Positions 29,501-39,570 are shown, counted from the stretch's first letter. The stretch: DNA of 64,000 nucleotides from a virus (IMGVR_UViG_3300021962_000023:134535-198534), one strand, 5' to 3'. Translations and numbers: made by a program. The notes: generated by a model not told the origin, from the sequence alone.

Positions 29501-29715
29501 TCCGTAAATAACCAACTAATCTCTCTCACTAATTCGGGAGAAAGTTCCAATTTAGCATGAGCTATATCACCCGCTAAATAAATGATTGAATCTTCAGTTC
29601 CTCTTTGACGGATTTCTTCAAACATTTTTTCAAACACCTGTCTATACTCATTGTGTCTTTTCACATTACGGATGTGTACATCGGCAATATGATAAATCTT
29701 TTTTAATTTACTCAT
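26554..29715 (-). CDS. fused Mre11/SbcD nuclease and Rad50/SbcC ATPase (T4 gp47-gp46-like)
   Basis: Phosphoesterase motifs ADVH, GDIAH, GNHD and GDIH; Walker A APNAQGKSS; coiled coil with a CKFC hook; signature CSGMEK; Walker B VIDEGFGTLD. Confidence 0.92.
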   Translation of the reverse strand: MSKLKKIYHIADVHIRNVKRHNEYRQVFEKMFEEIRQRGTEDSIIYLAGDIAHAKLELSPELVREISWLFTECSKHCETILITGNHDCNMNNSDRLDVLTPIVEALNLPNFTYLRDTQVYSIGGVDFGVFSIFDDKSNWPKAETLSGNKKIALFHGPVDNSMTDIGYVVSSRHFTTDMFDGYDLALLGDIHKRQEMISPKGCKVVYAGSLVQQNFGETLDKHGFLVWNLDTMTYESVDIHNDYGYYTMDIDNGKVPIVSDMPKKPRLRVRLSNTDSADTKRVMAEIKMRYGVEDFTIIRTDSLSKSKTGNRLNKLDFEDISDINYQNSLINEYVERMMPFVVKEDLDKLQIINRDINSRIVNEDVQRNIQWKPIKFEFSNMFSYGENNKIDFTKLGGLMGLFAPNAQGKSSLFDAVSFCLYDKSSRAYKAANILNNRKSEFSCHLHFQIDGLDYHIERTAKTINKGKNVKVDVQFWRQDGDDKTSLNGTERRDTNQIIEQYVGKYEDFVLTALSLQGNNALFIDKSQSERKDLLAQFMGLNVFDKLYETATEDIKEVSVLIKNFKKTDFTSELADKATELKDKKVELKDLEKELGRLNDDATDLNNRIVGLSAELTPMDGNLDLDSLTKQQNSIGRDILHILAEKKAKVENIENYTKVISEISASMEDKKKFYFSEDDYIDIEEANSNYVQAEKDFNVANNIYYVAQKTLEAAEEKIKHLDSHQYDPNCKFCCDNVFVKDAMKAKEDLEYLEVNVDEALNDLSGFSNVMNMFEDAKSQYDSMLELRAKYGKAIVIKEKSEAELQGLNTKEELLEHQLESVKVNIQKYHDNEATIKKNAQINEVISGLKRTKSEIEGEIKKVTKDIASVNGSISSISSFIEGIKGKMNDVKELEEKNRLYTYYLDAVKRDGIPYELISKALPVIENEVNNILSQVVDFGVVMEVDGKSINAKIVYDDQEWPLEMCSGMEKFVSGLAIRVALINVCNLPRPNFLVIDEGFGTLDSDNLSSLFMMMQYLKTQFDFIWVISHLEQMRDIVDGLIEIKKENGFSKIDF

Positions 29716-30653
29716 AAACTCATAATCTTGTTTAACAATAATTCCTCCGATGAAAACTCTTTAGTTTTCTTTAGTTCTTCATAAAACTTATCGTATCCAA
29801 TTTCGGATGCATCTTTATCTTTCATATACATCATCTTAACATTGATACCTTGCTTACGAAAATATTCTGCTGCTTTAAGTGCTTCATTAATTGCATCATT
29901 ATCCAATGAAATAATAATATCACTAACTCCACTCATAAAGATTTTTTCTACTAATAATTTTGATGGAAACTTACCTAATAATGGGATTGCGTTTCTTTTA
30001 ATTGTAATTGCATCAAAAACCCCCTCACATAATATGATTGGTTCATTCCAATTAACTTGCGATTCCAAACAAATTACATTTTTACTGATTGGTGGGTTTT
30101 TGTATTTCATTTTCTCTTCTGGGTAATATGAACGAGAAACAAAGTAGTTTAATTGTCCATCGCAATTATATGATGGTATAATTACTCTCCTACTATATAA
30201 ACCTTCTTTACAATAACCTATGTTGTACTTAATAATTTCCTTTTGAGTGATTCCTCTTTCATTTAAATAGTGAATAGCATGTTTATATTCGGGATTAAAT
30301 CCCTTTGGTTCTTCTACTAAACTAATAAATTCTTTTGGTAACTGAATGAATACTTTTGTACCTTCATCTTCGTTTTGAAGATTATAATTGGAATCCCCAT
30401 ATATTTCTCTAATAATGGATATGGTTTTTCTATCAACATCCAATCTCTTTAATAAAGAAGTTAATTTCTTACCACCACTATTACAAGTCCAACAATGCCA
30501 TTTTTGAGTTTCGGTATTGACTTGTAGTTTTTGTTTGTGGTGATTACAAAATGGACAATAAAATGCTAATTCGTTACCCCTTAAATTGGAATAACTACCC
30601 AACGCATTAGAAAGCGTAGATACTACGATATTTTTGTCAGTACTTTTCAACAC
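29712..30653 (-). CDS. DNA primase (Zn finger plus TOPRIM)
   Basis: Motifs CPFCNHH...WHCWTC, CEGVFD, SLDND and KDASE. The start was moved to GTG 30653, just downstream of the promoter at 30658..30689. Confidence 0.85.
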   Translation of the reverse strand: MLKSTDKNIVVSTLSNALGSYSNLRGNELAFYCPFCNHHKQKLQVNTETQKWHCWTCNSGGKKLTSLLKRLDVDRKTISIIREIYGDSNYNLQNEDEGTKVFIQLPKEFISLVEEPKGFNPEYKHAIHYLNERGITQKEIIKYNIGYCKEGLYSRRVIIPSYNCDGQLNYFVSRSYYPEEKMKYKNPPISKNVICLESQVNWNEPIILCEGVFDAITIKRNAIPLLGKFPSKLLVEKIFMSGVSDIIISLDNDAINEALKAAEYFRKQGINVKMMYMKDKDASEIGYDKFYEELKKTKEFSSEELLLNKIMSL

Positions 30654-30657
30654 AATC

Positions 30658-30689
30658 CAAAGATACGACAAATATTTTATATTTCCAAA
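30658..30689 (-). promoter_or_regulatory. Bacteroidota-type sigma70 promoter (TTTG-N20-TATCTTTG)
   Basis: TTTGG, a 20-nt spacer, then TATCTTTG, between the endonuclease and primase genes. Confidence 0.65.
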
Positions 30690-30693
30690 TATT

Positions 30694-31098
30694 TTAGAAC
30701 CAATCTTCCGGTATTACCTTATCGGCATACTTAAATCCGTTCTTATCGCACCAATCTGCGTAAGTAGTTTTTGAGTTTTTACTTATCTTGTTCTTTGAAT
30801 TGGAGAATACGAATCGTATATCCAAGTTGGGGTTTTGTTGTTTAACCAATAGATGTTTCTTTCTATCAGCTGCAAGGAATCTGCCTTTGGTTTCTACGAA
30901 AATACCATTAGGCAACTTAAAATCAGGATTGTAAGTATGTTTAGAAGCAGGTATAATATAATCCACTTTTTCGGACTCATATTTAACCTCAATCCCTTTA
31001 CTTTCGATTTGTATTGAAATATTTTCTTCAAGACCAGATTTAAATCCGTATTTTCTAGCAACCCAACTGCTAGATTTCTTTGTAACTTTTTTAGCCAT
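30694..31098 (-). CDS. T7 endonuclease I-like Holliday-junction resolvase
   Basis: Motifs FKSGLEE, YNPDFKLPNGIFVETKGRF and DRKKHLLVKQQNPNLDIRFVF. Confidence 0.9.
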   Translation of the reverse strand: MAKKVTKKSSSWVARKYGFKSGLEENISIQIESKGIEVKYESEKVDYIIPASKHTYNPDFKLPNGIFVETKGRFLAADRKKHLLVKQQNPNLDIRFVFSNSKNKISKNSKTTYADWCDKNGFKYADKVIPEDWF

Positions 31099-31107
31099 TA
31101 AATTGGT

Positions 31108-31317
31108 TTATTTTTTTGCTTTATCAGAATATTTTTCTGCTTTTAATTCACCACCTCTACCTGCTTTATATTTTGCAGCTGTTAATACTTGTTCATCTAC
31201 TTTTTTATTATCATTAGTAGTATATGGTGTTTTTGCCGCAACTCCTGCATCAAACCCAATTTTATCAACACCCAATGCTGATTGAGCTGCTTTGTATAAT
31301 TCTAAAATCTTTGACAT
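31108..31317 (-). CDS. small hypothetical protein
   Basis: 69-aa ORF preceded by an ATATTTAT motif. Confidence 0.7.
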   Translation of the reverse strand: MSKILELYKAAQSALGVDKIGFDAGVAAKTPYTTNDNKKVDEQVLTAAKYKAGRGGELKAEKYSDKAKK

Positions 31318-31335
31318 ATTTTCCTTTGTTTAGTA

Positions 31336-31343
31336 ATAAATAT
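31336..31343 (-). promoter_or_regulatory. putative late promoter motif ATATTTAT
   Basis: ATATTTATT 18 nt before the ATG at 31317. Confidence 0.5.
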
Positions 31344-31346
31344 AAA

Positions 31347-32543
31347 TTATAAATCAAAACGAACAATAAAATTGACTGGGATATCTGGTTCCGATTTGAT
31401 TGGTTGTGGTAATTTTGCAACTGCTACTAAATCCATTTCATCATCATATAATCCAATTGTTGTTATAAATGGTGCTAAGAATGAACCAGTAGTATCGATT
31501 GAACCACTCAAATCATAATGTTCAAATCCTGCAAAATGAGTAGAAGAACTTACAGAAGATGTGTATCTAAAATCCAAACTATTTCCATTTTCTAATATAG
31601 ATTTTTTACGAATATATTTAGTTCCGGCATTTGTTATAGCTTTATATACTTTACCATCGGTACCAGTAACATATTCCGATACCTTACCTACTTCAACTAC
31701 TGCCGATGGGTTTTGTGATACATTAAATTCATCTTGATTAACAACCAAAAGATATTCATGCTCATATATTGTTTGTGTAGATTTATATGATAAATCCCAA
31801 TTGGTGTTAAGTAAATCATTAACGGCTCTCGTTATTACAATTAACCCCTGTGCATAAAATACATTACCAATTTTATCAGTAGCTGCTGCTCCTTGTAAAA
31901 ATGGTATATTATCGACAACCATTACACCACTCTCTACATCAAAACTGATAATATTCATATCATAGTCTACACCTTGATATCTTAAATTAAAACTACCTGA
32001 TTGGATATCCCAATTTCCCGTACCCGTTTGAACGGATGCAGTATATCCTGCGCTTAGTAAATCTTCAAATAATAATACATTTGATTCCAACTCAACCGAT
32101 ACTATTGTAATAGTATCACCTTTTGCACTTATTAAATTACCATCACCATCATCTATAAATGGGTTATCTGCGCCATCTAATAGATAAACAGAACCCTTCT
32201 TAATACCCTCACCAACATATACTTGTGGAATTGAAATTACCTTTGCACTTCCACTTAAAAATCTATCTCTACCAGCCGATTCGGTTACATATGTATTAGA
32301 TTTAGTACCACTTCTTAAAAATGGATTATCTTCATGTCCGTTGTAGAATTGAGCTCTTAATTGACCAAATATTGCTCTTTTTTGAAAAGATAAATCAGCA
32401 TCAGTCGATAATGATGCAGATAAGTAATTACCATCCTCAGCTTCTAATAAAGAAATTGTATTTGAAGATTCATCAAAACTCCATTCTTTATAGGCTTTAA
32501 ACGGCCTTATACTAATATCCGATTTTGGTATTCTTTTTAACAT
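31347..32543 (-). CDS. virion structural protein (tail/baseplate)
   Basis: C-terminal ITTIGLYDDEMDLVAVAKLPQPI...VRFDL is shared with its neighbour; lies in the baseplate block. Confidence 0.6.
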   Translation of the reverse strand: MLKRIPKSDISIRPFKAYKEWSFDESSNTISLLEAEDGNYLSASLSTDADLSFQKRAIFGQLRAQFYNGHEDNPFLRSGTKSNTYVTESAGRDRFLSGSAKVISIPQVYVGEGIKKGSVYLLDGADNPFIDDGDGNLISAKGDTITIVSVELESNVLLFEDLLSAGYTASVQTGTGNWDIQSGSFNLRYQGVDYDMNIISFDVESGVMVVDNIPFLQGAAATDKIGNVFYAQGLIVITRAVNDLLNTNWDLSYKSTQTIYEHEYLLVVNQDEFNVSQNPSAVVEVGKVSEYVTGTDGKVYKAITNAGTKYIRKKSILENGNSLDFRYTSSVSSSTHFAGFEHYDLSGSIDTTGSFLAPFITTIGLYDDEMDLVAVAKLPQPIKSEPDIPVNFIVRFDL

Positions 32544-32550
32544 ATCGTAT

Positions 32551-32558
32551 ATAAATAT
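32551..32558 (-). promoter_or_regulatory. putative late promoter motif ATATTTAT
   Basis: ATATTTATA 7 nt before the ATG at 32543, just downstream of a terminator. Confidence 0.5.
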
Positions 32559-32568
32559 CTCTGAAACT

Positions 32569-32591
32569 AAAAACCCACCAATTAGGTGGGT
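32569..32591 (-). terminator. Rho-independent terminator
   Basis: The minus strand reads ACCCACC-TAATT-GGTGGGT followed by a T run, after 32616..33830. Confidence 0.75.
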
Positions 32592-32615
32592 CTAAAGTTC
32601 ATTAGTTACTCTCTA

Positions 32616-33830
32616 TTAAAAATCTAACTTTACTTTTATTGCTACTTCCTTATCAAATGATTTTTCAATTGGTTTGGATGTTTTTGCTACTGCTAATAAT
32701 TCGTTTGCATCATTATATAAACCAACCGTTGTAATATACACATGCGGGTCTTTTTCAAATGATGAATTTGCAAATGCTCCTACCGAACCACTTACGAATG
32801 TTGGGTTGTTTGAGAAGTTGAATTCTCTATTATTTGCTCTTACGAAATAATGTGATGTAGAAACATTTTCAGTTCTACGAGCTTGGAAATCGGCTCCCTT
32901 ATTAAGTGCATCTAATAATTTTAATGAACCAGATGCTGAACCCGATTGGTGATATTGTGCCGTAGTTGAACCAACTGCCGCCATTAAGTTACCACCTACC
33001 GATGCTGATAATGCTGATGGGTTTAATAACACAACACCCATATCTGGGTAGAATAAACCAAATCCTGCTCCATTAGATGCCGTATATGTATTGATTGATG
33101 CAGTTAATGCTGAGCCAATATTTAATGAACCACTTGCTAAATAATAAACTCTACCAGCAGTTGTTACATTTTCATCAGTACCACCACTATTATCAATCAA
33201 TGTTACCAATCCAACCGAACCTGATAGGTTGATTGAAATGTTACCCGGGTCTAATCTTTCTTTGTATCTTGCTCTATTTACATTAATTGCGTAGAATGAT
33301 GTCATATTATTTCCAGCATAATCCGTAAAATATGTATCAGCAGAATCTAACAATACATTTTTTAATTGATTATAAACTGCTTTTGTAGAAAGAGTAGATG
33401 AATCATCTTGTGTTAAAGTTGGCGCACCATATCCGTTTACATCACCATATGCGATTGAAAACTGAACTTCGGATGAACCCGTTGCTGCCGAATCATATAC
33501 ATCTAAGTAATACTTACCCGTTGCCGAATTAAGTTGTACCGCTGATGTGTAAAATGCGTTTAATGAACCTGTATCACCACTCCAAATACCTGAAGTTACG
33601 ATTTCAGTTCTATTAGTTACTTTATCAATTGCTCCGAATTTTTTATAAATACCATTTGTGATGGTAGTTAAGTCAGAACTAATTTGCTCACCAGTTCCTA
33701 AAAATTGGTTCATCAATCTAACTAATTCGTTAGTATCAATGGGAGTACCAGCCGTATTGGCTGCGCCTGCTAAGTATTGTGATATATTACTTGCTAAAAG
33801 GGCTCCTCTATTATCTCTTATTAATGCCAT
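32616..33830 (-). CDS. virion structural protein (tail/baseplate), paralog of 31347..32543
   Basis: C-terminal YITTVGLYNDANELLAVAKTSKPI...VKLDF; Ser/Gly-rich. Confidence 0.6.
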   Translation of the reverse strand: MALIRDNRGALLASNISQYLAGAANTAGTPIDTNELVRLMNQFLGTGEQISSDLTTITNGIYKKFGAIDKVTNRTEIVTSGIWSGDTGSLNAFYTSAVQLNSATGKYYLDVYDSAATGSSEVQFSIAYGDVNGYGAPTLTQDDSSTLSTKAVYNQLKNVLLDSADTYFTDYAGNNMTSFYAINVNRARYKERLDPGNISINLSGSVGLVTLIDNSGGTDENVTTAGRVYYLASGSLNIGSALTASINTYTASNGAGFGLFYPDMGVVLLNPSALSASVGGNLMAAVGSTTAQYHQSGSASGSLKLLDALNKGADFQARRTENVSTSHYFVRANNREFNFSNNPTFVSGSVGAFANSSFEKDPHVYITTVGLYNDANELLAVAKTSKPIEKSFDKEVAIKVKLDF

Positions 33831-33837
33831 AGTTTAA

Positions 33838-34461
33838 TTATTGTACATATGTTACGGTGATTGGAATAGTTTGTGAACCACCTGTTTCGTTACCATAAAC
33901 AGTTATAGTTGTTCTGATAGTCGAAGTTAAAGATGGGTTAGGAATAAACTTAAATGTTAATCCTTTTGCGATTGCTGCAGTTGCAGATACATCATCACCA
34001 ATGAAAACAGGTACTGAACCTACATCGGATGTTACACCTTCTCCTACAATATCACCGGCATTTTTGTTAGATAATACAATAGTATATCCCAAACTTCTAT
34101 TTCCGGCTGGAGATGTTGTTGGAGATAATGCTACCTCACCACTTTTTTGATTAACTGAAATGTTAGGAACACCAAATTCCACAACAGGAATACGAGTTGT
34201 ATTTTTAGGAAGTGTTACTAATTTATATTTCATTACCTGAGTCTCATCAGGGTTTGCTTCTAAAACTGGCATATTCTTAATTGCTGCATCATAATATGCA
34301 GAACCAAGTGGATGCGCTGGTTCATAAAGAGTATAATCAATCTCATCATCTGCTAAAGCAAATTGAGTGATGTTTAATCCTTGTCCAGCTGCCAATTTTT
34401 CTCTACCTTTTTTTGTTAAGATAGCATCAACTGTTAATTCGGTATTACTTAAATATCCCAT
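33838..34461 (-). CDS. virion structural protein (baseplate/tail)
   Basis: N-terminal ILTKKGREKLAAG...ITQFALADD resembles the start of tail-collar fibre domains; structural context. Confidence 0.55.
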   Translation of the reverse strand: MGYLSNTELTVDAILTKKGREKLAAGQGLNITQFALADDEIDYTLYEPAHPLGSAYYDAAIKNMPVLEANPDETQVMKYKLVTLPKNTTRIPVVEFGVPNISVNQKSGEVALSPTTSPAGNRSLGYTIVLSNKNAGDIVGEGVTSDVGSVPVFIGDDVSATAAIAKGLTFKFIPNPSLTSTIRTTITVYGNETGGSQTIPITVTYVQ

Positions 34462-34483
34462 AGTATATTATTATTCTTTGTTT

Positions 34484-34491
34484 ATAAATAT
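34484..34491 (-). promoter_or_regulatory. putative late promoter motif ATATTTAT
   Basis: ATATTTATA 22 nt before the ATG at 34461. Confidence 0.5.
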
Positions 34492-34509
34492 AATTATTTT
34501 AAAAATCCG

Positions 34510-37500
34510 TTATTCTACTTCCAAAATTGGTTCATTAGATGCTCTACCTGCTTTATTTACTTTCAATGTATTTGGATTAGATACAAATGTTTCAATTGGA
34601 GAACTACCATCCAATGTTGTTGCGGCTGTATTTTTACTTCCTAAATAATAAGAATTTCTTAATCCGGTTGTTAAATCCGAAGTAAATTTATTATGAGTTG
34701 GTAAGTATCCATCGATATTTTTAACTGCTATAATATCTCCACCAATCGTAGGAGGAGTTGAACCACTAAATGGTTGTATATTTAATTTAGTTTCAGTATA
34801 AACAGATGATGTTAATTCATACCCACCTCTAGGGTCACCTTTACCACCAATTACTATTTTAAATTTAGAAACTTCTCTTTCTTTTTGTTCAGTCACCAAT
34901 TGAACTCTAACTCTTTCTTTTACTCGTCTACCATCTTTATCGAAATATGTTCTAATAGCAGAGCCACTTTGTGCATAAATACCAAATCCAATATTTTCAT
35001 AATCAGTTTGACCTACAACTTCATTTGATGATAAAATATCAAATTCAGTAAGAATAGTTGGTAAATCTAATTTAGCATCTATACTAACTTCTTCTTGATA
35101 ACTAACACCACTTGCATCAGTATCAGCTACATAATCATAAGTTGATTCGTATTGATAATTTTCTGCAATAGTTCTATCAACCGATGCTGTATAAATAATT
35201 GCATCATATTGATTATTTTCCGAACTAATATTGTATTCTGATGTAGTATCTAATGTTACTTCGTTTTGATTATTTTCAGAACTTAATATTGTTGTATCAC
35301 TATAATGGATAACACTTTCTTGTTGATATTCTTCTCCGCTTGGTTTTTTATGTGCAACTTTACTTCTTTCCAAGATATGTGGTTCTATTAATAAACCAGT
35401 AGTTGCTTTAACTCTTGCCGGCAACATTTTCTTAATATCTTCAAACATAGATTTCTCATATAGTTTGATTAAGTTAATGTATTCGTAAATATCTCTACCA
35501 TCAAATCGTTGGAAATAATAATTTCTTAAATTATCCAATCGTTTGTAATTTGGTTTGTAACTATCCGATGGGTCACCAATGTAGTTATCTAAATTAATTC
35601 CACCAAATGATTTAGCAATATCAATATTCAACTCTTTTGTAGGAGAGAAGAATAAACCAACTCTATTAGAATCGGTTGGAGATTGGTCAAATGCTTTTTT
35701 AGTTGCTCTACTTTTATGTGATAAATCTGAAACTAATTCTTGTGATTCAAATCTAACTTTATTTGTAGAATATCTACCAGCTCCCAAGTCAGGTATTTCC
35801 AATACTACACTTCTATCAATTGCTTCAAATTGGAATGGGTATATCCCTATATCAACAAACCCACTTGCACTTGCATATAGTAATGGTGCCGCATTAGTAG
35901 AGTTAAGTTGTATCAATGAACCACTTTCGTAATCATTTCTACTATATCCATTTTCAAAGTAAATGTTTGTATCAACATTTATTAAAGAAGCAGTTGCATA
36001 TAAATTTTTAGGATATTCAAAATCCAAACGGAAATATAAATCATCCGTTGAAGATGAAATATGATTACCATTAATCATTTCAGGGAATGAAACGTGTTCA
36101 TAAAATCTTTCAGTATTTAATACTTCAGACCACATACGGAATTCATCCATTGAACCACTATATATAGAGCCAACTGTTAATATTGAATTACTTTCCCAAT
36201 CAACTGAAATGGATTGTGATATAGAAGTACCAAATATAGTTCTTTCTTTATCGGCTTGTCTAACATTCAATTGAATACCATTTGAACCAGAACTTACAGA
36301 TAATCCAAAAAATTTTCCATTAAATATTGGTAGTGATGGTGTTTGAAATGTAGAGGAACTACCACTAAATTTAACTACACCATAATCACTATTTAATGAA
36401 CCATTTAAAGTTACACTCCAATTATCCGTTTCCAATAATGTCCAATCCCCACCATATGCCGGCTTAACAAACATTTCCAATGTAGATGGTTTTATACCTT
36501 TATCAGTATCTTTCCAATCCATAGAAATAGATGAACCACTATTGAATTTAAGAGCAGTAGTAACATTATCCATTACTAATTTACTTTTAGTAGCTTCCGT
36601 TACTTCTGGTCCACCAAATTCTAAAATAGAAAGATTAGATGATGGAATACCATAACAACTTAATAATGCATATACACCTCTTCGTGTTCCTTTATGTTTT
36701 AGTAGATAAGGTAAGTTATTTACAATTCTTCGCCAAACTTCATATGTTCTTTGTTTAGCAGGAGATAAATTTTTAGTATTACCATCCTTATCCAATCCAA
36801 ACACATAATTCCATAATTGAGCATCTGCTGCCAAATTCTTTGCATCCCAACCAAATGATTGTAATACATCGAATAATAATTTATCAGAAATACCATCTTT
36901 AGCTTTATACCCCAATCCCCTGCTCTTTTCAATAGCTTTTGTATGATAGTATATATTATCAAAGTGCTGACCAATCATTGAAAAGAATAATAACAAACTA
37001 TCGTTATCATCGTTATTAACAATGTATTGTGGAATATTATTTTGAACCCAGTTTTGATTTTCAATATCAAAATTCTCAGCTAATGAAATTATATTATCAT
37101 ACCAAGGTCTAACATTAACAATATCAGTAGATGATAATCTAACACCATTATTATAAGGCCAAGTTATAGAACTACTATCCGATGTTGTATATGTAGATGA
37201 TGAAGTATATAAGAATTTTTCAAATCCATCAAATCCTTGTATTAATTGTTGTTTTTTAATTTTATTTCTTTCAACATCTTGTCTTGCTGCAATCGAACCA
37301 GTGTATGTGGATGGATATAAATCATATCCATACAATGAACCACTAATATTTGCACCACTATCCGTAGATGAACTTAATATTAATTCCTCATATGATTCTA
37401 TCAATTGAACTTTATAAACAAAGTTATCCACCCTTTCTTTTGCAGAACTGAAGTGAACAAAATTATCCCAAGCATATGTAGAACTTGATACATATTCTAT

Positions 37501-39570
37501 ATTTAAATCCGTTGTATCTATGAAAGATGAGCTCAAATATGTACCAATTAATTCATTTGATGATGTTGAACCACTTAAAATCAAATTATCTAATGATTCA
37601 AAATTAGTTGATTGTCCAGTTACGAAATCAACTTCTATATCAAAGTTAGGTCCTTTTAATGGAGGACATTTTAATTCATCTTGTTCATTTAATATAACAG
37701 TTTCAATTAATGGATTAGTCATCAACTTCGTAATCCAAAATGTTGAATTATTTACTACATTCGATGGTATTGGTGAATATAATTTTAATATTATAGATTC
37801 AACTACATCTTCATCCTTTACATACACATTACCCAATTCATCTTCTGATTTTTTGGATAGAGTCCAATTATCATTTTCCCAAGATGAAACTATAATTTGC
37901 TCATCGTTGCCAAAATTAGCAAGATGTGTTAAATATTTACTATCTGGCTCCGGTTCTACTACACTTATTTTTTCAGCAAATGCTTGAAATAATGCAGTAG
38001 ATAATATATCCTCATCTAATTGTAATGTAGGTAAAGTTAATTTAGTAACAACTTCATATTCATTACCAATTAACTCTTCTGCACCACCTCTATTGTATGG
38101 TTTTAATATTAATGTTACACTATCACTACCACTCCAATTAGGATATGATTCTCTTAATGTTTTAAGATTTATTTTTAAACTTCCATTTGGAGATTGATTA
38201 CTCATCAATCCAATTTTAGTTCCATCTTTTTGTTTTAACCAAACATCAACCGATGTTGCTGCAAATGTTGAATACTTAACTTCGTATTCTATATTGAAAT
38301 CAGAAAAAGATGGTACATCAATCAAATCGGCAACAATTGTTTCCGTTATGGATGGAAAATCATTTATAGCAGTGAATGTAACTAATGCCTCTGCTTTTTG
38401 ACCAGTTCCATAATTATTACTTTCTGCTACTAATATTACTTTCTTAGTACCATATATTTCCTTGAAATCTTTTTGGAAATATAAAGTAGTACTACCATTT
38501 GAGGCAGGTACTTCTATTGCATTGTTCGAATCAATATATATCAATACTCTATCAGCATTTTCAGTATTAAATGAAATAGCAACAGGCTTTTCAGTATCAG
38601 ATTCTTTTACAGCAATCGTATATTGCGTTCTACCTAAAGTTATTTTAGGTTCTGCAAATTTAACTTCTCTACCTGCATCAACTACAACTAAAACTGTATT
38701 TTTTAATTGAGAAGCAGGTATAGTAAATGCATATGGTACTTTATTTAATCTACTAAAATCTCCATTATATTGAGATGAAATACCGCTATAAATTTGTTCT
38801 ACAAAAATACCATCCGGAGTATTACCTTTAACTTCAAAATTTACCGATGCATTATCTAAAATTTGATTCGATAATTCTTTGAAAATATTGTTACCCATTT
38901 CAATATTTCCAGAATCTATTATTGAACCACCATACACAATTTGATATGATAGTGTTAAACTATTACTTAATTCATTTTGTAAATTTGAAAAGAATCCCAT
39001 TTCAATTTGAGAATTGGGATTGGCAGTTGAAATTGTTGTTTGTACAATTTCAGTTTCAATTGGTAATGTTGGAATTAATGTTTTTACATTTTCAACATTA
39101 AAATTTAATGTTATAGTTCCTGATGTAAAGTTAAAAGTGCGTGGAAATGGTTGTTCTACCCATTGTTCATTTTCCCACTTATATTCGATTACTCTAATTC
39201 CTTCTGTATATTGACTTGTACCATCGTAATTAAATGAATCAAATTTAATAATAGCAACTATAAATTTAGAAAGAACTTTTCCATTATTTATACTTGCTGT
39301 ATATTCTCTTCTTGAACCAAATGCAGTTGATGGGTTATGTACTACAAATGTACTAACTCCAAACCCCTTAGATTTACTATCTTCAAAGAATTCAACCGCA
39401 GAACCATTATTGGTTGACATTTGTATTTTCAATGGATTTTGGTCCACCGGTGGAACATATGGTGGCGGATTACTAATTGGCGCAGAGTTACCTCCTCCAC
39501 CTCCAGTATCCGGATTTAGAAGTTCTGATGAATTAAAATCGTAAAGTCTTTCTATTGGAGTAATAGCCAT
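34510..39570 (-). CDS. large baseplate wedge-like protein (gp7/tail protein I-like segment plus LamG-like domain)
   Basis: 1686 aa, with LPYLLKHKGTRRGV (KGT motif) and a LamG-like SGSMDEFRMWS; lies near the gp6- and gp25-like genes. Confidence 0.6.
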   Translation of the reverse strand: MAITPIERLYDFNSSELLNPDTGGGGGNSAPISNPPPYVPPVDQNPLKIQMSTNNGSAVEFFEDSKSKGFGVSTFVVHNPSTAFGSRREYTASINNGKVLSKFIVAIIKFDSFNYDGTSQYTEGIRVIEYKWENEQWVEQPFPRTFNFTSGTITLNFNVENVKTLIPTLPIETEIVQTTISTANPNSQIEMGFFSNLQNELSNSLTLSYQIVYGGSIIDSGNIEMGNNIFKELSNQILDNASVNFEVKGNTPDGIFVEQIYSGISSQYNGDFSRLNKVPYAFTIPASQLKNTVLVVVDAGREVKFAEPKITLGRTQYTIAVKESDTEKPVAISFNTENADRVLIYIDSNNAIEVPASNGSTTLYFQKDFKEIYGTKKVILVAESNNYGTGQKAEALVTFTAINDFPSITETIVADLIDVPSFSDFNIEYEVKYSTFAATSVDVWLKQKDGTKIGLMSNQSPNGSLKINLKTLRESYPNWSGSDSVTLILKPYNRGGAEELIGNEYEVVTKLTLPTLQLDEDILSTALFQAFAEKISVVEPEPDSKYLTHLANFGNDEQIIVSSWENDNWTLSKKSEDELGNVYVKDEDVVESIILKLYSPIPSNVVNNSTFWITKLMTNPLIETVILNEQDELKCPPLKGPNFDIEVDFVTGQSTNFESLDNLILSGSTSSNELIGTYLSSSFIDTTDLNIEYVSSSTYAWDNFVHFSSAKERVDNFVYKVQLIESYEELILSSSTDSGANISGSLYGYDLYPSTYTGSIAARQDVERNKIKKQQLIQGFDGFEKFLYTSSSTYTTSDSSSITWPYNNGVRLSSTDIVNVRPWYDNIISLAENFDIENQNWVQNNIPQYIVNNDDNDSLLLFFSMIGQHFDNIYYHTKAIEKSRGLGYKAKDGISDKLLFDVLQSFGWDAKNLAADAQLWNYVFGLDKDGNTKNLSPAKQRTYEVWRRIVNNLPYLLKHKGTRRGVYALLSCYGIPSSNLSILEFGGPEVTEATKSKLVMDNVTTALKFNSGSSISMDWKDTDKGIKPSTLEMFVKPAYGGDWTLLETDNWSVTLNGSLNSDYGVVKFSGSSSTFQTPSLPIFNGKFFGLSVSSGSNGIQLNVRQADKERTIFGTSISQSISVDWESNSILTVGSIYSGSMDEFRMWSEVLNTERFYEHVSFPEMINGNHISSSTDDLYFRLDFEYPKNLYATASLINVDTNIYFENGYSRNDYESGSLIQLNSTNAAPLLYASASGFVDIGIYPFQFEAIDRSVVLEIPDLGAGRYSTNKVRFESQELVSDLSHKSRATKKAFDQSPTDSNRVGLFFSPTKELNIDIAKSFGGINLDNYIGDPSDSYKPNYKRLDNLRNYYFQRFDGRDIYEYINLIKLYEKSMFEDIKKMLPARVKATTGLLIEPHILERSKVAHKKPSGEEYQQESVIHYSDTTILSSENNQNEVTLDTTSEYNISSENNQYDAIIYTASVDRTIAENYQYESTYDYVADTDASGVSYQEEVSIDAKLDLPTILTEFDILSSNEVVGQTDYENIGFGIYAQSGSAIRTYFDKDGRRVKERVRVQLVTEQKEREVSKFKIVIGGKGDPRGGYELTSSVYTETKLNIQPFSGSTPPTIGGDIIAVKNIDGYLPTHNKFTSDLTTGLRNSYYLGSKNTAATTLDGSSPIETFVSNPNTLKVNKAGRASNEPILEVE

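Noticed and set aside
30654-30671. The track's primase start at 30671
   Set aside because: It lies inside the predicted promoter (30658-30689), so GTG 30653 is preferred.
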